Virus record (IMG/VR): IMGVR_UViG_3300045988_061090
Reading direction: 5' to 3' (one strand)
Origin: a virus
Length of the DNA stretch: 44,782 bases
Under the pieces are notes generated by a model, which made no database searches, was not told the DNA's origin, and was given only the letters and a program-made list of their open reading frames with translations. Positions 26,757 through 34,546 of the stretch are shown in pieces. Made by a program: the position numbers and the translations under genes. Numbering within the stretch: the first letter of the stretch is position 1; the number at the start of each line of letters is the position of its first letter.

Positions 26757-27261
26757 AATGATTAAAAGTATTATCATATCAGGAGATTTTAAAGTTGCTG
26801 ACATCACAAATAAAATTGATGTACTCTGGGTCAGCGGAGACCTAACGGATGAACAACGTACAGAACTACTACAGATGATTACCTCTCACCTAAATCCAGG
26901 CACAGAAGCTCCGGAAGAGGCAGAACGCTACAAACGTCTGGAAGACAGAGTGGCAAAACTGGAAGAAGAGGTGAAAAAGCTGAAAGGGGAACCAGAACCA
27001 GAGCCGGGTGAGGTTACAGTACCGGCCTGGGAACCTTGGGACGGTATCGCCCAGGAATGGTATAACTATGGAGATGTCGTACAGCATAGTGAAAAATACT
27101 GGATTGATACCTTAAAAGATATGATGAACACTTGGGAGCCTGGCACGATCGGAGTGGACGAACGCTTTTGGAAAGAAATCACCAAAGAGCAAGCCGAGGG
27201 AATCTTAAAGGGTGAATTAGAAGCAGATGAGGTTATTGCACAAAAAGAACTTTTGATCTGA
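26749..27261 (+). CDS. XkdX-like N-terminus plus Trp-rich carbohydrate-binding-like C-terminus
   Basis: 170 aa. A coiled-coil/PEPEP linker is followed by WEPWDG..YNYGDVV.H..KYW......NTWEPG. No TM segment is present. Confidence 0.5.
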   Translation: MYEMIKSIIISGDFKVADITNKIDVLWVSGDLTDEQRTELLQMITSHLNPGTEAPEEAERYKRLEDRVAKLEEEVKKLKGEPEPEPGEVTVPAWEPWDGIAQEWYNYGDVVQHSEKYWIDTLKDMMNTWEPGTIGVDERFWKEITKEQAEGILKGELEADEVIAQKELLI

Positions 27262-27275
27262 CAGGAGGAAAAACT

Positions 27276-29093
27276 ATGGGAAAAACAACCGGAATTGACG
27301 CTTCTGAATGGCAGAAGTCCATTGATTGGGCTTCTGTGAAGTCTCAGATTGATTTTGTTATCCTACGGGAAGGATACCGCAAGGCAGCGGACAAGTACTT
27401 TTTCCGAAACGTAGAGGGGTGCAAAAATAACCAGATACCCATCCATGGTGTGTATCATTTTCTTTACGCTCTAAATAACCAGGATGTGATCGCAGAAGCG
27501 GAAAGCTGCCTAGCCAATATTGAAAAGGCTGGGCTGCCTAAAACTATCTACGTTTGGGCGGATTTTGAATATGATACTGTCACTAATGCCGCCAAAAAAG
27601 GAGTCACACTTGGTCCCAATGAGTGCAATTTGTTTACTCAGACGTTTTGTGATTTCTTCAAGAAGAGAGGCTATAACACTGGAATATACACTAATGGAGA
27701 TTATTATAAACACTGGTACCGCCAAGATGTCCTGAACAAGTACCCCCTGTGGCTGGCGGATTATGAGGGAGGCCCGGATTACCATTGTCTCTACCAACAG
27801 TATACGAACAACGGCCAAATAACAGGAATTAACGGTAACATAGACATGAACTATTATTACGGCGATAAGGAAGAAACAAACATGGCGAAAGATTTGTGGA
27901 GCAAAACAGCGGAATTGATGGCAGCAGAATCTGGGTATCTGGAAAAAGCATCGGAAAGCAACCTGGACAGCAAGACCGGAAACGCGGGGTATGGGAACTA
28001 TACCAAGTATGCGAGAGACATCAATAACCTTGGCTTGATGGGATGTCAGGGACAGCCATGGTGTGCCGTATATCAATTTTGGATTAACTGGCAAATTTTC
28101 GGAAAAGAAAAAGCCCTTGACATCATGGGACCGGGATTTTATAACTGCACCAGTATCACAAATCATGCCAAATCCAAAGGCACCTGGCACAGTGAGCCAA
28201 AGCTTGGGGCCTTGGTGATCTTCCGAAATGGTGCACATATTGGCAGGGTGACAAAAATCACCTCTTCCCAGATCTACACCAACGAAGGGAATACCTCAAA
28301 AGGCGGTGTGAATAACGTAGAGGCAAATGGCGGCTGTGTGGCCGACAAAGTCTACACCCGGAATTACTCAGGGATTGATGGCTATGTGTGGATTGATTAT
28401 ACAGATTCTTCTGAGGCTGTTGTCCGGGATTATTTACAACTTGGAGATACTGGTCCCGCAGTAAAAACTATGCAGCAAAATTTGATTACTCTGGGCTTTG
28501 ATGTTGGTACACACGGGGCAGACGGCAGCTTTGGTCAAGACACGTTAGCAGCAGTAAAACAGGCACAAGAGCAGTATGGTCTTGCTGTAGATGGTTATTA
28601 CGGCCCGGATACCAAGGCAAAAATTGAGGATGCGATTGGGAAAGATTTTTTATGCGTAGGCGATCAAGGCAACCAAGTGGAAGAACTGCAAAGCAATCTG
28701 ATCTATTTAGGCTACGACTGTGGTGTGAGTGGTGCCGATGGAGATTTTGGTGCAGATACCGAGGCAGCTGTCAAAGCATTTCAGAAAACTTGCGGTTTAG
28801 ATGTCGACGGAAATGCAGGGCCGAAAACCCTGGAAAAAGTCAGCACAGAGGTGTACAAGCAGAAAAACACCCAGACAGGCTTCCAGCGCTTTGTGGGAGA
28901 GGTACAACAGACTTGTGCCGTCCATAAAAAGGCTAAGAAAGCATCTCCGGCCATTGCAGGATATCCCAAATTGGTTCCGGGCAATCTGGTGGATGTCTTA
29001 GGCCGAGCCGGTTATGAAAACAACTGGTACAAGGTCTGCGTGGCCGATCAGTACATAGGGTATGCTTGGGCGGATAGTATTAAAAGAGTATGA
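27276..29093 (+). CDS. Endolysin: GH25 muramidase + CHAP + 2x PG_binding_1 + SH3b-like
   Basis: The GH25 N-terminus reads GIDASEWQKSIDW..DFVILREGY. CHAP is indicated by QPWCAVYQFW ... GAHIGRV ... TNEGNTS. Two LxxGDxGxxVxxLQxxL..G...G.DG.FG..T..AVK.FQ repeats follow, then an SH3-like tail NNWYKVCV. Confidence 0.85.
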   Translation: MGKTTGIDASEWQKSIDWASVKSQIDFVILREGYRKAADKYFFRNVEGCKNNQIPIHGVYHFLYALNNQDVIAEAESCLANIEKAGLPKTIYVWADFEYDTVTNAAKKGVTLGPNECNLFTQTFCDFFKKRGYNTGIYTNGDYYKHWYRQDVLNKYPLWLADYEGGPDYHCLYQQYTNNGQITGINGNIDMNYYYGDKEETNMAKDLWSKTAELMAAESGYLEKASESNLDSKTGNAGYGNYTKYARDINNLGLMGCQGQPWCAVYQFWINWQIFGKEKALDIMGPGFYNCTSITNHAKSKGTWHSEPKLGALVIFRNGAHIGRVTKITSSQIYTNEGNTSKGGVNNVEANGGCVADKVYTRNYSGIDGYVWIDYTDSSEAVVRDYLQLGDTGPAVKTMQQNLITLGFDVGTHGADGSFGQDTLAAVKQAQEQYGLAVDGYYGPDTKAKIEDAIGKDFLCVGDQGNQVEELQSNLIYLGYDCGVSGADGDFGADTEAAVKAFQKTCGLDVDGNAGPKTLEKVSTEVYKQKNTQTGFQRFVGEVQQTCAVHKKAKKASPAIAGYPKLVPGNLVDVLGRAGYENNWYKVCVADQYIGYAWADSIKRV

Positions 29094-29166
29094 CAAAATT
29101 CCTCGGCTGCTTACCGGGGGATACTCCCTATATTACAAAGAGATCTGGTTGCTATTTAAAAATTTA

Positions 29167-29196
29167 CCCCTGGGCTTATTGCTCAGGGGCTTTTTT
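29167..29196. terminator. Terminator after the endolysin gene, overlapping the 3' end of the minus-strand gene
   Basis: A 9-bp stem pairs cccctgggc with gctcagggg, followed by cTTTTTT on the + strand. Confidence 0.7.
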
Positions 29197-29502
29197 CCTT
29201 TCACGCCATTTTTTGATTGCTAAAGCGTTTTTACTCCTGTCTTCCGCGTATACGGGCCTAACTCTTGGCAGATAGGCTTGCACGGTTTTTACGTTTACTC
29301 CGACTTGCTTAGCTATTTGATCAACGCTCAATCCCTTTTCGTGTAATTGCATGATCTGATAATGCGTATAATTAATTGTAACGCCATTACTCGATAGAGA
29401 TTTGACAATTTTATTCCAGCTATATCCTGTTTCTTTGGATGCTCCCTTTACGGAGCCGGTTTTCTCAAAGCATTCTTTTATTATTTTATCTGATTTTTTC
29501 AT
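29176..29502 (-). CDS. Double-HTH DNA-binding protein
   Basis: 108 aa with two HTH-like segments (GSVKGASKETGYSWNKIVKSL; GLSVDQIAKQVGVNVKTVQAYL) and a basic tail. Confidence 0.6.
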   Translation of the reverse strand: MKKSDKIIKECFEKTGSVKGASKETGYSWNKIVKSLSSNGVTINYTHYQIMQLHEKGLSVDQIAKQVGVNVKTVQAYLPRVRPVYAEDRSKNALAIKKWRERKKAPEQ

Positions 29503-29680
29503 GATCTTTCCTTATGGTAATTTTATCTCCATCAAATTCCAGAGTTACCTCTCTATTTTCTTCTGTGATGCCCATCTCCCTGGCCCACGTGGTCGGGATA
29601 GTTACTCGGTTGGTGATACCTCCACTGCCGGCAGTACCACCGGATTTGTTAAAGATTACCTTCGCAATTTTTTTGTTCAT
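29486..29680 (-). CDS. AbrB/SpoVT/MazE-type looped-hinge-helix protein
   Basis: 64 aa with the motif RVTIPTTWAREMGITEENREVTLEFDGDKITIRK. Confidence 0.65.
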   Translation of the reverse strand: MNKKIAKVIFNKSGGTAGSGGITNRVTIPTTWAREMGITEENREVTLEFDGDKITIRKDHEKIR

Positions 29681-29713
29681 TCTTTTTCTCCTTGTAATTT
29701 TCTTTCTTCTAAT

Positions 29714-29884
29714 TTATATTCTCCTCACATTCACGACTTCTTCATCTGGACCGCTACAGAAAAATTTTAATGCTTCAATAACGGCTTCTTCTTCCATTCC
29801 TTCCGGTTTAATTTCTTGAACAGCATCTTTTCTAATTATCTCTCTTGATTCCCTGTCAATTACGTCATACATAAATTTCATCAT
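29714..29884 (-). CDS. Hypothetical 56-aa protein (below the ORF-track cutoff)
   Basis: Hand translation gives MMKFMYDVIDRESREIIRKDAVQEIKPEGMEEEAVIEALKFFCSGPDEEVVNVRRI. An AGGAGG RBS is present, and the start lies 3 nt after the upstream stop. Confidence 0.5.
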   Translation of the reverse strand: MMKFMYDVIDRESREIIRKDAVQEIKPEGMEEEAVIEALKFFCSGPDEEVVNVRRI

Positions 29885-29886
29885 TT

Positions 29887-30291
29887 TTATTTCCTCCTTA
29901 TTTTTTGTTCTCTTCTTCTATTCTCCTCTCTACTCACCATCTGATTAATAGAATAAGAGGAAAGCTTATCTCTCATATCAATAATAGTTGCAGCGTCATC
30001 AATCTGTGAGAGCATCTGCTCAAGAGACTCTCCGCATTCAACATAGCACTGTCTCTCAATCGCTCTGATACCAATCGTGTCTATTTTATCAATGTTAGCG
30101 ATATTATTTTTGATCGTCTCTCTTGCTTCTCTGATAATATCTTCGGCCCATTTAATCTGTTTTTCGGTTCCCTTCAATGTTTTCTTTGCCTCCTTCCATG
30201 CTTTTTTGAGTCCAGCAGAGATGGTCGTATCTAACTTTTTAACTAACTCCCATGCTCTTTTCATAATTGCTGATAAATTATATTTTTTCAT
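29887..30291 (-). CDS. Helical K/E-rich protein, unknown function
   Basis: 134 aa with RBS AAAGGAGGA. It is the first gene of the minus-strand operon. Confidence 0.55.
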   Translation of the reverse strand: MKKYNLSAIMKRAWELVKKLDTTISAGLKKAWKEAKKTLKGTEKQIKWAEDIIREARETIKNNIANIDKIDTIGIRAIERQCYVECGESLEQMLSQIDDAATIIDMRDKLSSYSINQMVSREENRRREQKIRRK

Positions 30292-30332
30292 CTCTGCGTC
30301 CTCCTTTTATCTTATCTCCTCTTGATGATTAT

Positions 30333-30361
30333 ATTATATATCATTCGTAACGAATAGTCAA
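30333..30361 (-). promoter_or_regulatory. Near-consensus sigma-A promoter with a palindromic operator in the spacer
   Basis: The minus strand reads TTGACT-attcgttacgaatgata(17)-TATAAT. The spacer contains the inverted repeat ATTCG-N3-CGAAT. Confidence 0.65.
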
Positions 30362-30563
30362 GAGGTTTTTAAGATTTTTTTGAAAGAAATATTGTATCAT
30401 CTTACTTTTACTTTTTAAAAATTATATTTCTATTTTAGACACATTTTAGACAAAAATGCTTGAAAATGGCTTAAAATCGTTCTTTAATGTTAAAAAAATA
30501 TTAATTTCTATATACTTTAAAAAAAGCTTTTAATTACAAGGAAAACGGCGCAAACCCTTGATT

Positions 30564-31787
30564 TTACGCCATTTTCTTGTCTTGTATTGTCTCGAATATT
30601 TGTTCTTTTTGAATTGATTTTGAGGTTCCATTTTCGACGCATTTTAGACACGGAATTTTCTCGATTTCTTTTCGGAGATCTTCTAGTGCCCTATGTCCGT
30701 ATACTTCATTTGTGACATCCATAAATTTGTGTCCCAACATTCTTTTTCGGTCATTTTCTTTTACCTCGTATTTTTCGCAAAGGGCTGAGAAAGTGTGCCG
30801 ACAGTCATGCGGTGTATGTTCTCCGATTCCGAGAGATTTGATGTAGGTCCTCATAGACTCTCGGAATTTGACATCAGATAAAGGCATTATTTCACCATAT
30901 TTCCTTATTCGTTTTTTGACAATCGGGTAAATAGCCGAGTGGATAGGGACGATTCGATCTTTACTTGTCCTTGTTTTCAAGCCACCCGAAAAGAAACATT
31001 TTTTTAGATCAGTTTTTATAACTTTCAATTCTCCGATACGATACCCTGTATAACACATAATTAGGAGTACTTGGGCAATATCATTGTCTTCATGATTCCA
31101 CAGTCGTTCTATATCTCGGATACTAAACGGAACCCCGTGCTCATCATCGTCTGGAATATTGATGCGCAGCAGCTCTGTAGGATTTTTTTCTATAAAGTTT
31201 TGAGCTAAAGCATATTTAAACATCTGCTTTAGGAGTGATACTATCAATTCCAGACTGGCGTGTTTAAGCGTAGAAGCGTCTACAATGCGTTGTAATTGCT
31301 CATAGGTGATATTCTTTACCTTCTCCCCATGAATGGCTTCACAGTTCTTGTACGCAGCCCTGGTGGACCTTTTGGATTGATCAGAATATTGTTTCTTCCC
31401 ATCATATTTCCATGTATAGTATTTTTCGTATAATTGAGTAAAAGTCATGTGACCCTTATCTTCTTGGACCGGACGTACTGCTATAGTGTAATCTGCAAGG
31501 ATTCGTTTAGTAAACCCATGTAAGTCCCCATCATCCATGGCACGCATGATTTCCAGCTCTTTTTCTAGCCCTGGTTTATAAGTACCAGCCTTGTAAGCCA
31601 TCAGAACCGAGAAACCTACATACCAATCAGATACATAGCATAAAGCTTTGGGAGTTACTGGTTTCCCATCTTCACCAAAGTCTTTCACAGGTGGGTGTAC
31701 TGCGTAAGCGACATTACGGTTTCCAGATAGTTTGCGGATACTGCCAAAACCATTAGGGAGATTTGGGTGTTTCTTCCTTTTTGCCAT
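30564..31787 (-). CDS. int: Tyrosine recombinase (phage integrase)
   Basis: The start MAKRKKHPNLPNGFG (ATG 31787) follows AGGAGG. Catalytic motifs are YTGYRIGEL, HDCRHTF and LGH...VYGHR. Confidence 0.9.
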   Translation of the reverse strand: MAKRKKHPNLPNGFGSIRKLSGNRNVAYAVHPPVKDFGEDGKPVTPKALCYVSDWYVGFSVLMAYKAGTYKPGLEKELEIMRAMDDGDLHGFTKRILADYTIAVRPVQEDKGHMTFTQLYEKYYTWKYDGKKQYSDQSKRSTRAAYKNCEAIHGEKVKNITYEQLQRIVDASTLKHASLELIVSLLKQMFKYALAQNFIEKNPTELLRINIPDDDEHGVPFSIRDIERLWNHEDNDIAQVLLIMCYTGYRIGELKVIKTDLKKCFFSGGLKTRTSKDRIVPIHSAIYPIVKKRIRKYGEIMPLSDVKFRESMRTYIKSLGIGEHTPHDCRHTFSALCEKYEVKENDRKRMLGHKFMDVTNEVYGHRALEDLRKEIEKIPCLKCVENGTSKSIQKEQIFETIQDKKMA

Positions 31788-31944
31788 AAAATCATCCTCC
31801 TTTTGGGTATAAAAATAACAGCCAGCGCGAACGAGTGTTCCGCTTGCGGGGGCTGTCCGAAGATGATACAATATTACCGACCAAAGTAATAGCATATCTT
31901 CGGATATGTGGCCGCTCCTGTTGGCGCAGGGGCGGTTTTTACGT

Positions 31945-31973
31945 TTGACAAATAGTTTGCTTTGACATATAAT
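31945..31973 (+). promoter_or_regulatory. Perfect consensus promoter for the antitoxin sRNA
   Basis: The sequence reads TTGACA-aatagtttgctttgaca(17)-TATAAT. Confidence 0.7.
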
Positions 31974-31979
31974 ATACTT

Positions 31980-32086
31980 AACAAGACAGCCGACAGGTAG
32001 GTGCAAGCTACCCGTTCCGGCGAATTAAAACGAACTTAGTAAGCCGTCCTATCCGACCAAGATACAGGGCGGCTTACTTATTTTTC
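31980..32086 (+). ncRNA. Candidate type I antitoxin sRNA (~105 nt), convergent with the toxin gene
   Basis: It would start about 7 nt after the -10 and end at a 12-bp-stem terminator (32039-32050 / 32066-32077) followed by ttattttt. Its 3' end is antisense to the toxin's last codons. Confidence 0.5.
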
Positions 32087-32154
32087 AAATTTAGAATAGC
32101 AACAACAAGCAATGAGAATGTAAGTAAAATTTGCATTTCCTCATATGTACTCAT
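32074..32154 (-). CDS. 26-aa hydrophobic peptide, holin-like type I toxin family
   Basis: Hand translation gives MSTYEEMQILLTFSLLVVAILNLKNK. RBS is AAAGGGGA. It resembles the Firmicutes putative holin-like toxin family (MS.YE.l.lm..F..l.v). Confidence 0.6.
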   Translation of the reverse strand: MSTYEEMQILLTFSLLVVAILNLKNK

Positions 32155-32303
32155 AAGTATTTCCCCTTTCCGCAAGACTCGGAACGGGAACCAGCACGCC
32201 CCTCGGCTGCCCGGGTAAGTATATTATATTGTCAAGGTGCTGCCCCTACGGTTGGATGGACGTAGGGGCGCGATAATATTCAATTAAGCATATGTATAGA
32301 TGG

Positions 32304-32966
32304 TTATTTATTAATGACAAATTTTATGTCATTTGCTGACCAAAAATCTGGTGAAACATTAATTTCAAAGTTTGAATAACTCACCGGAACTTGATAAGCG
32401 ATCACTCCATTCATTTTCTTTCCAGCGGCAACACTTCCATCGAGTTGATTTTTGCCTTCTATTTCAGGAGCTTGTAATCCGAGTAAGTCTTGATTTAGAG
32501 AATAATCATCACAATATGCTTCAAAGTTTGCGACAGAACTTATATTGATATCTGAACCAGAATTATTAACAATTTCAAATTCAAGAAGTAAAAAAATGTT
32601 TCCTTCGTCTGGGGTTACATATTCACTCCCTTGTGATTCAGTTGCTGATATAAGTGTGACTTGAATATCTTTTTGTTCTGCTGTTTCGCCTACGCTAAAT
32701 TCAGTTTTTTCTTCTTTCTCTGGTTCTTCTGTATTTTGTGTTTCTTTATTTGTTGAATTTTCTGTGTTTTTTGGTTCCGTTGTTTCTACTTTTTTAGGAG
32801 TGTCGTCCCCACCGGCAGCAGCTCCAATAATTGCAATTACAATTACTATAATTATAATCCATTTCAGTTTTCCACCTTGTTTTTTTCGACAATTAGGACA
32901 CACTTTTGCATCAGCAGGTATTTCAGACTTGCAATGCTTACATAATTTTGTTTTTTTCTTTTCCAT
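32304..32966 (-). CDS. Zn-ribbon - TM - DUF4352-like extracellular domain protein
   Basis: The order is CKHC..CPNC, then a TM segment (WIIIIVIVIAIIGAAA), a T/E/K-rich linker, and a beta-rich domain (IFLLLEFEIVNNS..VAAGKKMNGVIAYQVP). Confidence 0.65.
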   Translation of the reverse strand: MEKKKTKLCKHCKSEIPADAKVCPNCRKKQGGKLKWIIIIVIVIAIIGAAAGGDDTPKKVETTEPKNTENSTNKETQNTEEPEKEEKTEFSVGETAEQKDIQVTLISATESQGSEYVTPDEGNIFLLLEFEIVNNSGSDINISSVANFEAYCDDYSLNQDLLGLQAPEIEGKNQLDGSVAAGKKMNGVIAYQVPVSYSNFEINVSPDFWSANDIKFVINK

Positions 32967-33015
32967 AAGTTTTCCTCCTAATGGTAATATTTATTAAAAC
33001 GCCGTAGCGGTTTAA

Positions 33016-33735
33016 TCAGCTATTCGCTATGTCAATTAGAGATAATAGCTTTTCCCTATCCCACAACTTTACACCAAGCATTTCAGCTTCTTCTTTTGCC
33101 TGTGGAGTAAAATCTCTATTAGTCAGTACAACAGCAATGTCTTTTTTATAGATGCTTTTACCTGTATGTGCTTGTTGTACAGCAGCATTTCCAATATTTC
33201 CAGTATAACATTTCGTTTGTATGGCATAACTAATATCATCTTTCTCCGCTAAAATGTCTATTCCATGATCTCCACTCCCTCTAGTTACCTCTACATTTTT
33301 AAACCCATTCTTCTTTAGTAGATCGGCACAATAGTGTTCAAATCTATGTCCGTCCATACTATCAAAATTTTGATCTTTAGCTTTGGAATCTTCGGAATTT
33401 TCGGAATCAATAGGAGGGTTGACATATCTAAATCCAAGATGTCCACGGTTTTGTGTTTGATTATTATTGGAGCTAGGTCTATTTATTAATAGACGGTTAT
33501 TTTTCCCCATAAGGAATTTAATAATCTTTTTTGCACACCAATAAATTACATCAAATGGGATAACAAAAAAAATGAAAAATATAATCATCATCCCAAACCA
33601 GTCAAATAATGCGACTTTTTGACCATCTATTTCGCTGTGCATAAAAGCAACTCCAAATATCAAAATCAGACATATTGATGGAATTGGGCATAAAAATTTA
33701 AAATATTTGTTTTTGTATATATTAGTAATTTTCAT
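33016..33735 (-). CDS. Membrane-anchored Mrr_cat-type restriction-endonuclease-fold protein
   Basis: Two N-terminal TM segments precede a C-terminal FEHYCADLLKKNGF..GSGDHGIDILAEKDD..YAIQTKCY motif (D..D-x-QxK). Confidence 0.65.
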   Translation of the reverse strand: MKITNIYKNKYFKFLCPIPSICLILIFGVAFMHSEIDGQKVALFDWFGMMIIFFIFFVIPFDVIYWCAKKIIKFLMGKNNRLLINRPSSNNNQTQNRGHLGFRYVNPPIDSENSEDSKAKDQNFDSMDGHRFEHYCADLLKKNGFKNVEVTRGSGDHGIDILAEKDDISYAIQTKCYTGNIGNAAVQQAHTGKSIYKKDIAVVLTNRDFTPQAKEEAEMLGVKLWDREKLLSLIDIANS

Positions 33736-33772
33736 CTTAAGGTACCGAGAAATTTAAATATTTCCTTTCCTG

Positions 33773-34000
33773 TTATTTACTATGAGCAGCACTTTCTATT
33801 GATTGAACAGTAAATTTGTCAAAATCGTTATTTAGAATATGCCCCATGGCGTGCTCATAAGCTTCTAGTCTTCCAATATCAGATAATCTAGCGTTTATAA
33901 ATATAGTATAACTTCCATCCTCATTTGGATGAATCATTTCTCTTCCTCTACAAGGAAAATCTACTATTTGTAAATTAATAATCGGTTCCATCCTCTCCAC
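33773..34000 (-). CDS. Short ImmA/IrrE-like protein with non-canonical metal motif
   Basis: 75 aa. TIFINARLS...AYEHAMGHILNNDFD resembles the short ImmA-like proteins found next to XRE repressors, but it reads EHxxGH rather than HExxH. Confidence 0.45.
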   Translation of the reverse strand: MERMEPIINLQIVDFPCRGREMIHPNEDGSYTIFINARLSDIGRLEAYEHAMGHILNNDFDKFTVQSIESAAHSK

Positions 34001-34361
34001 GCTCCTTACGTTTTAGAGCGAGAGCCATTTGGTGTAATGCTTTTAAGTCTTGGGGTTCCATGTCTCTTTGTACGTCAAATAGCGCTCGTAATTCTTTGTT
34101 CTCAAATATTTCTTGGGCTACCTGGGCAGTCTCATCATTAAGATAGTACCTTTCTCCTTCTTTTTCTTCTCCGGTCATAAGATAATCAACAGATACTCCA
34201 AAATAATCCGCTATTTGCTGGAGTTTTGTCGCAGTAGGGACAGTCCCTTTTGTTCGGAATTTCCCAATATATCCACGGCCAAAACCCAACTCTTTTTCGA
34301 GTGCTGTAATGGCTATTCCGTGTTGATTACATAACTTAGCAATTATTTCATATGTTGTCAC
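33975..34361 (-). CDS. CI-like XRE-family repressor
   Basis: GTG 34361 follows AGGAGGA. The HTH is ITALEKELGFGRGYIGKF...KLQQIADYFGVSVDYL, with a C-terminal dimerisation-like tail. Confidence 0.8.
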   Translation of the reverse strand: MTTYEIIAKLCNQHGIAITALEKELGFGRGYIGKFRTKGTVPTATKLQQIADYFGVSVDYLMTGEEKEGERYYLNDETAQVAQEIFENKELRALFDVQRDMEPQDLKALHQMALALKRKERGEDGTDY

Positions 34362-34381
34362 AGTATCCTCCTTTTTTAAAA

Positions 34382-34397
34382 GTAGAAAAAAATCTAC
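34382..34397. promoter_or_regulatory. Operator O1 (GTAGAAAAAAATCTAC palindrome)
   Basis: A perfect 5-N6-5 inverted repeat abutting the -35 of the + promoter. It is identical to O2. Confidence 0.6.
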
Positions 34398-34405
34398 AAA
34401 AACTA

Positions 34406-34434
34406 TTGACAACGTAGAAAATAGGCTATATAAT
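34406..34434 (+). promoter_or_regulatory. Perfect consensus rightward promoter
   Basis: The sequence reads TTGACA-acgtagaaaataggcta(17)-TATAAT. The spacer carries an ACGTAGA half-site. Confidence 0.7.
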
Positions 34435-34447
34435 ACAAATATACGAG

Positions 34448-34463
34448 GTAGAAAAAAATCTAC
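34448..34463. promoter_or_regulatory. Operator O2 (GTAGAAAAAAATCTAC)
   Basis: An identical 16-mer lying at about +7 to +22 of the rightward promoter. Confidence 0.6.
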
Positions 34464-34509
34464 CAGACATATGATATACGTTGTCTTTTATAATTATGCT
34501 GGTAACTTA

Positions 34510-34538
34510 ATTATAGAATAAAATCTACGTTGTGTCAA
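34510..34538 (-). promoter_or_regulatory. Perfect consensus leftward promoter facing the rightward one
   Basis: The minus strand reads TTGACA-caacgtagattttattc(17)-TATAAT, with the same ACGTAGA half-site after the -35. Confidence 0.7.
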
Positions 34539-34546
34539 TATGTATA

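Noticed and set aside
27510-28238. 242-aa minus-strand ORF inside the endolysin gene. Similar long antisense ORFs occur at 11280..11981 in the capsid gene, 12839..13237, 13433..13813, 15903..16286 and 40844..41281.
   Set aside because: These are shadow ORFs opposite well-supported genes. They have no RBS, no recognisable motifs, and compositions typical of antisense reading of coding DNA.
32243-32272. Hairpin ctgcccctacg...cgtaggggcgc read as a terminator for 32304..32966
   Set aside because: The stem is good, but no T-run follows on either strand. I kept it only as part of the structured TA-locus flank.
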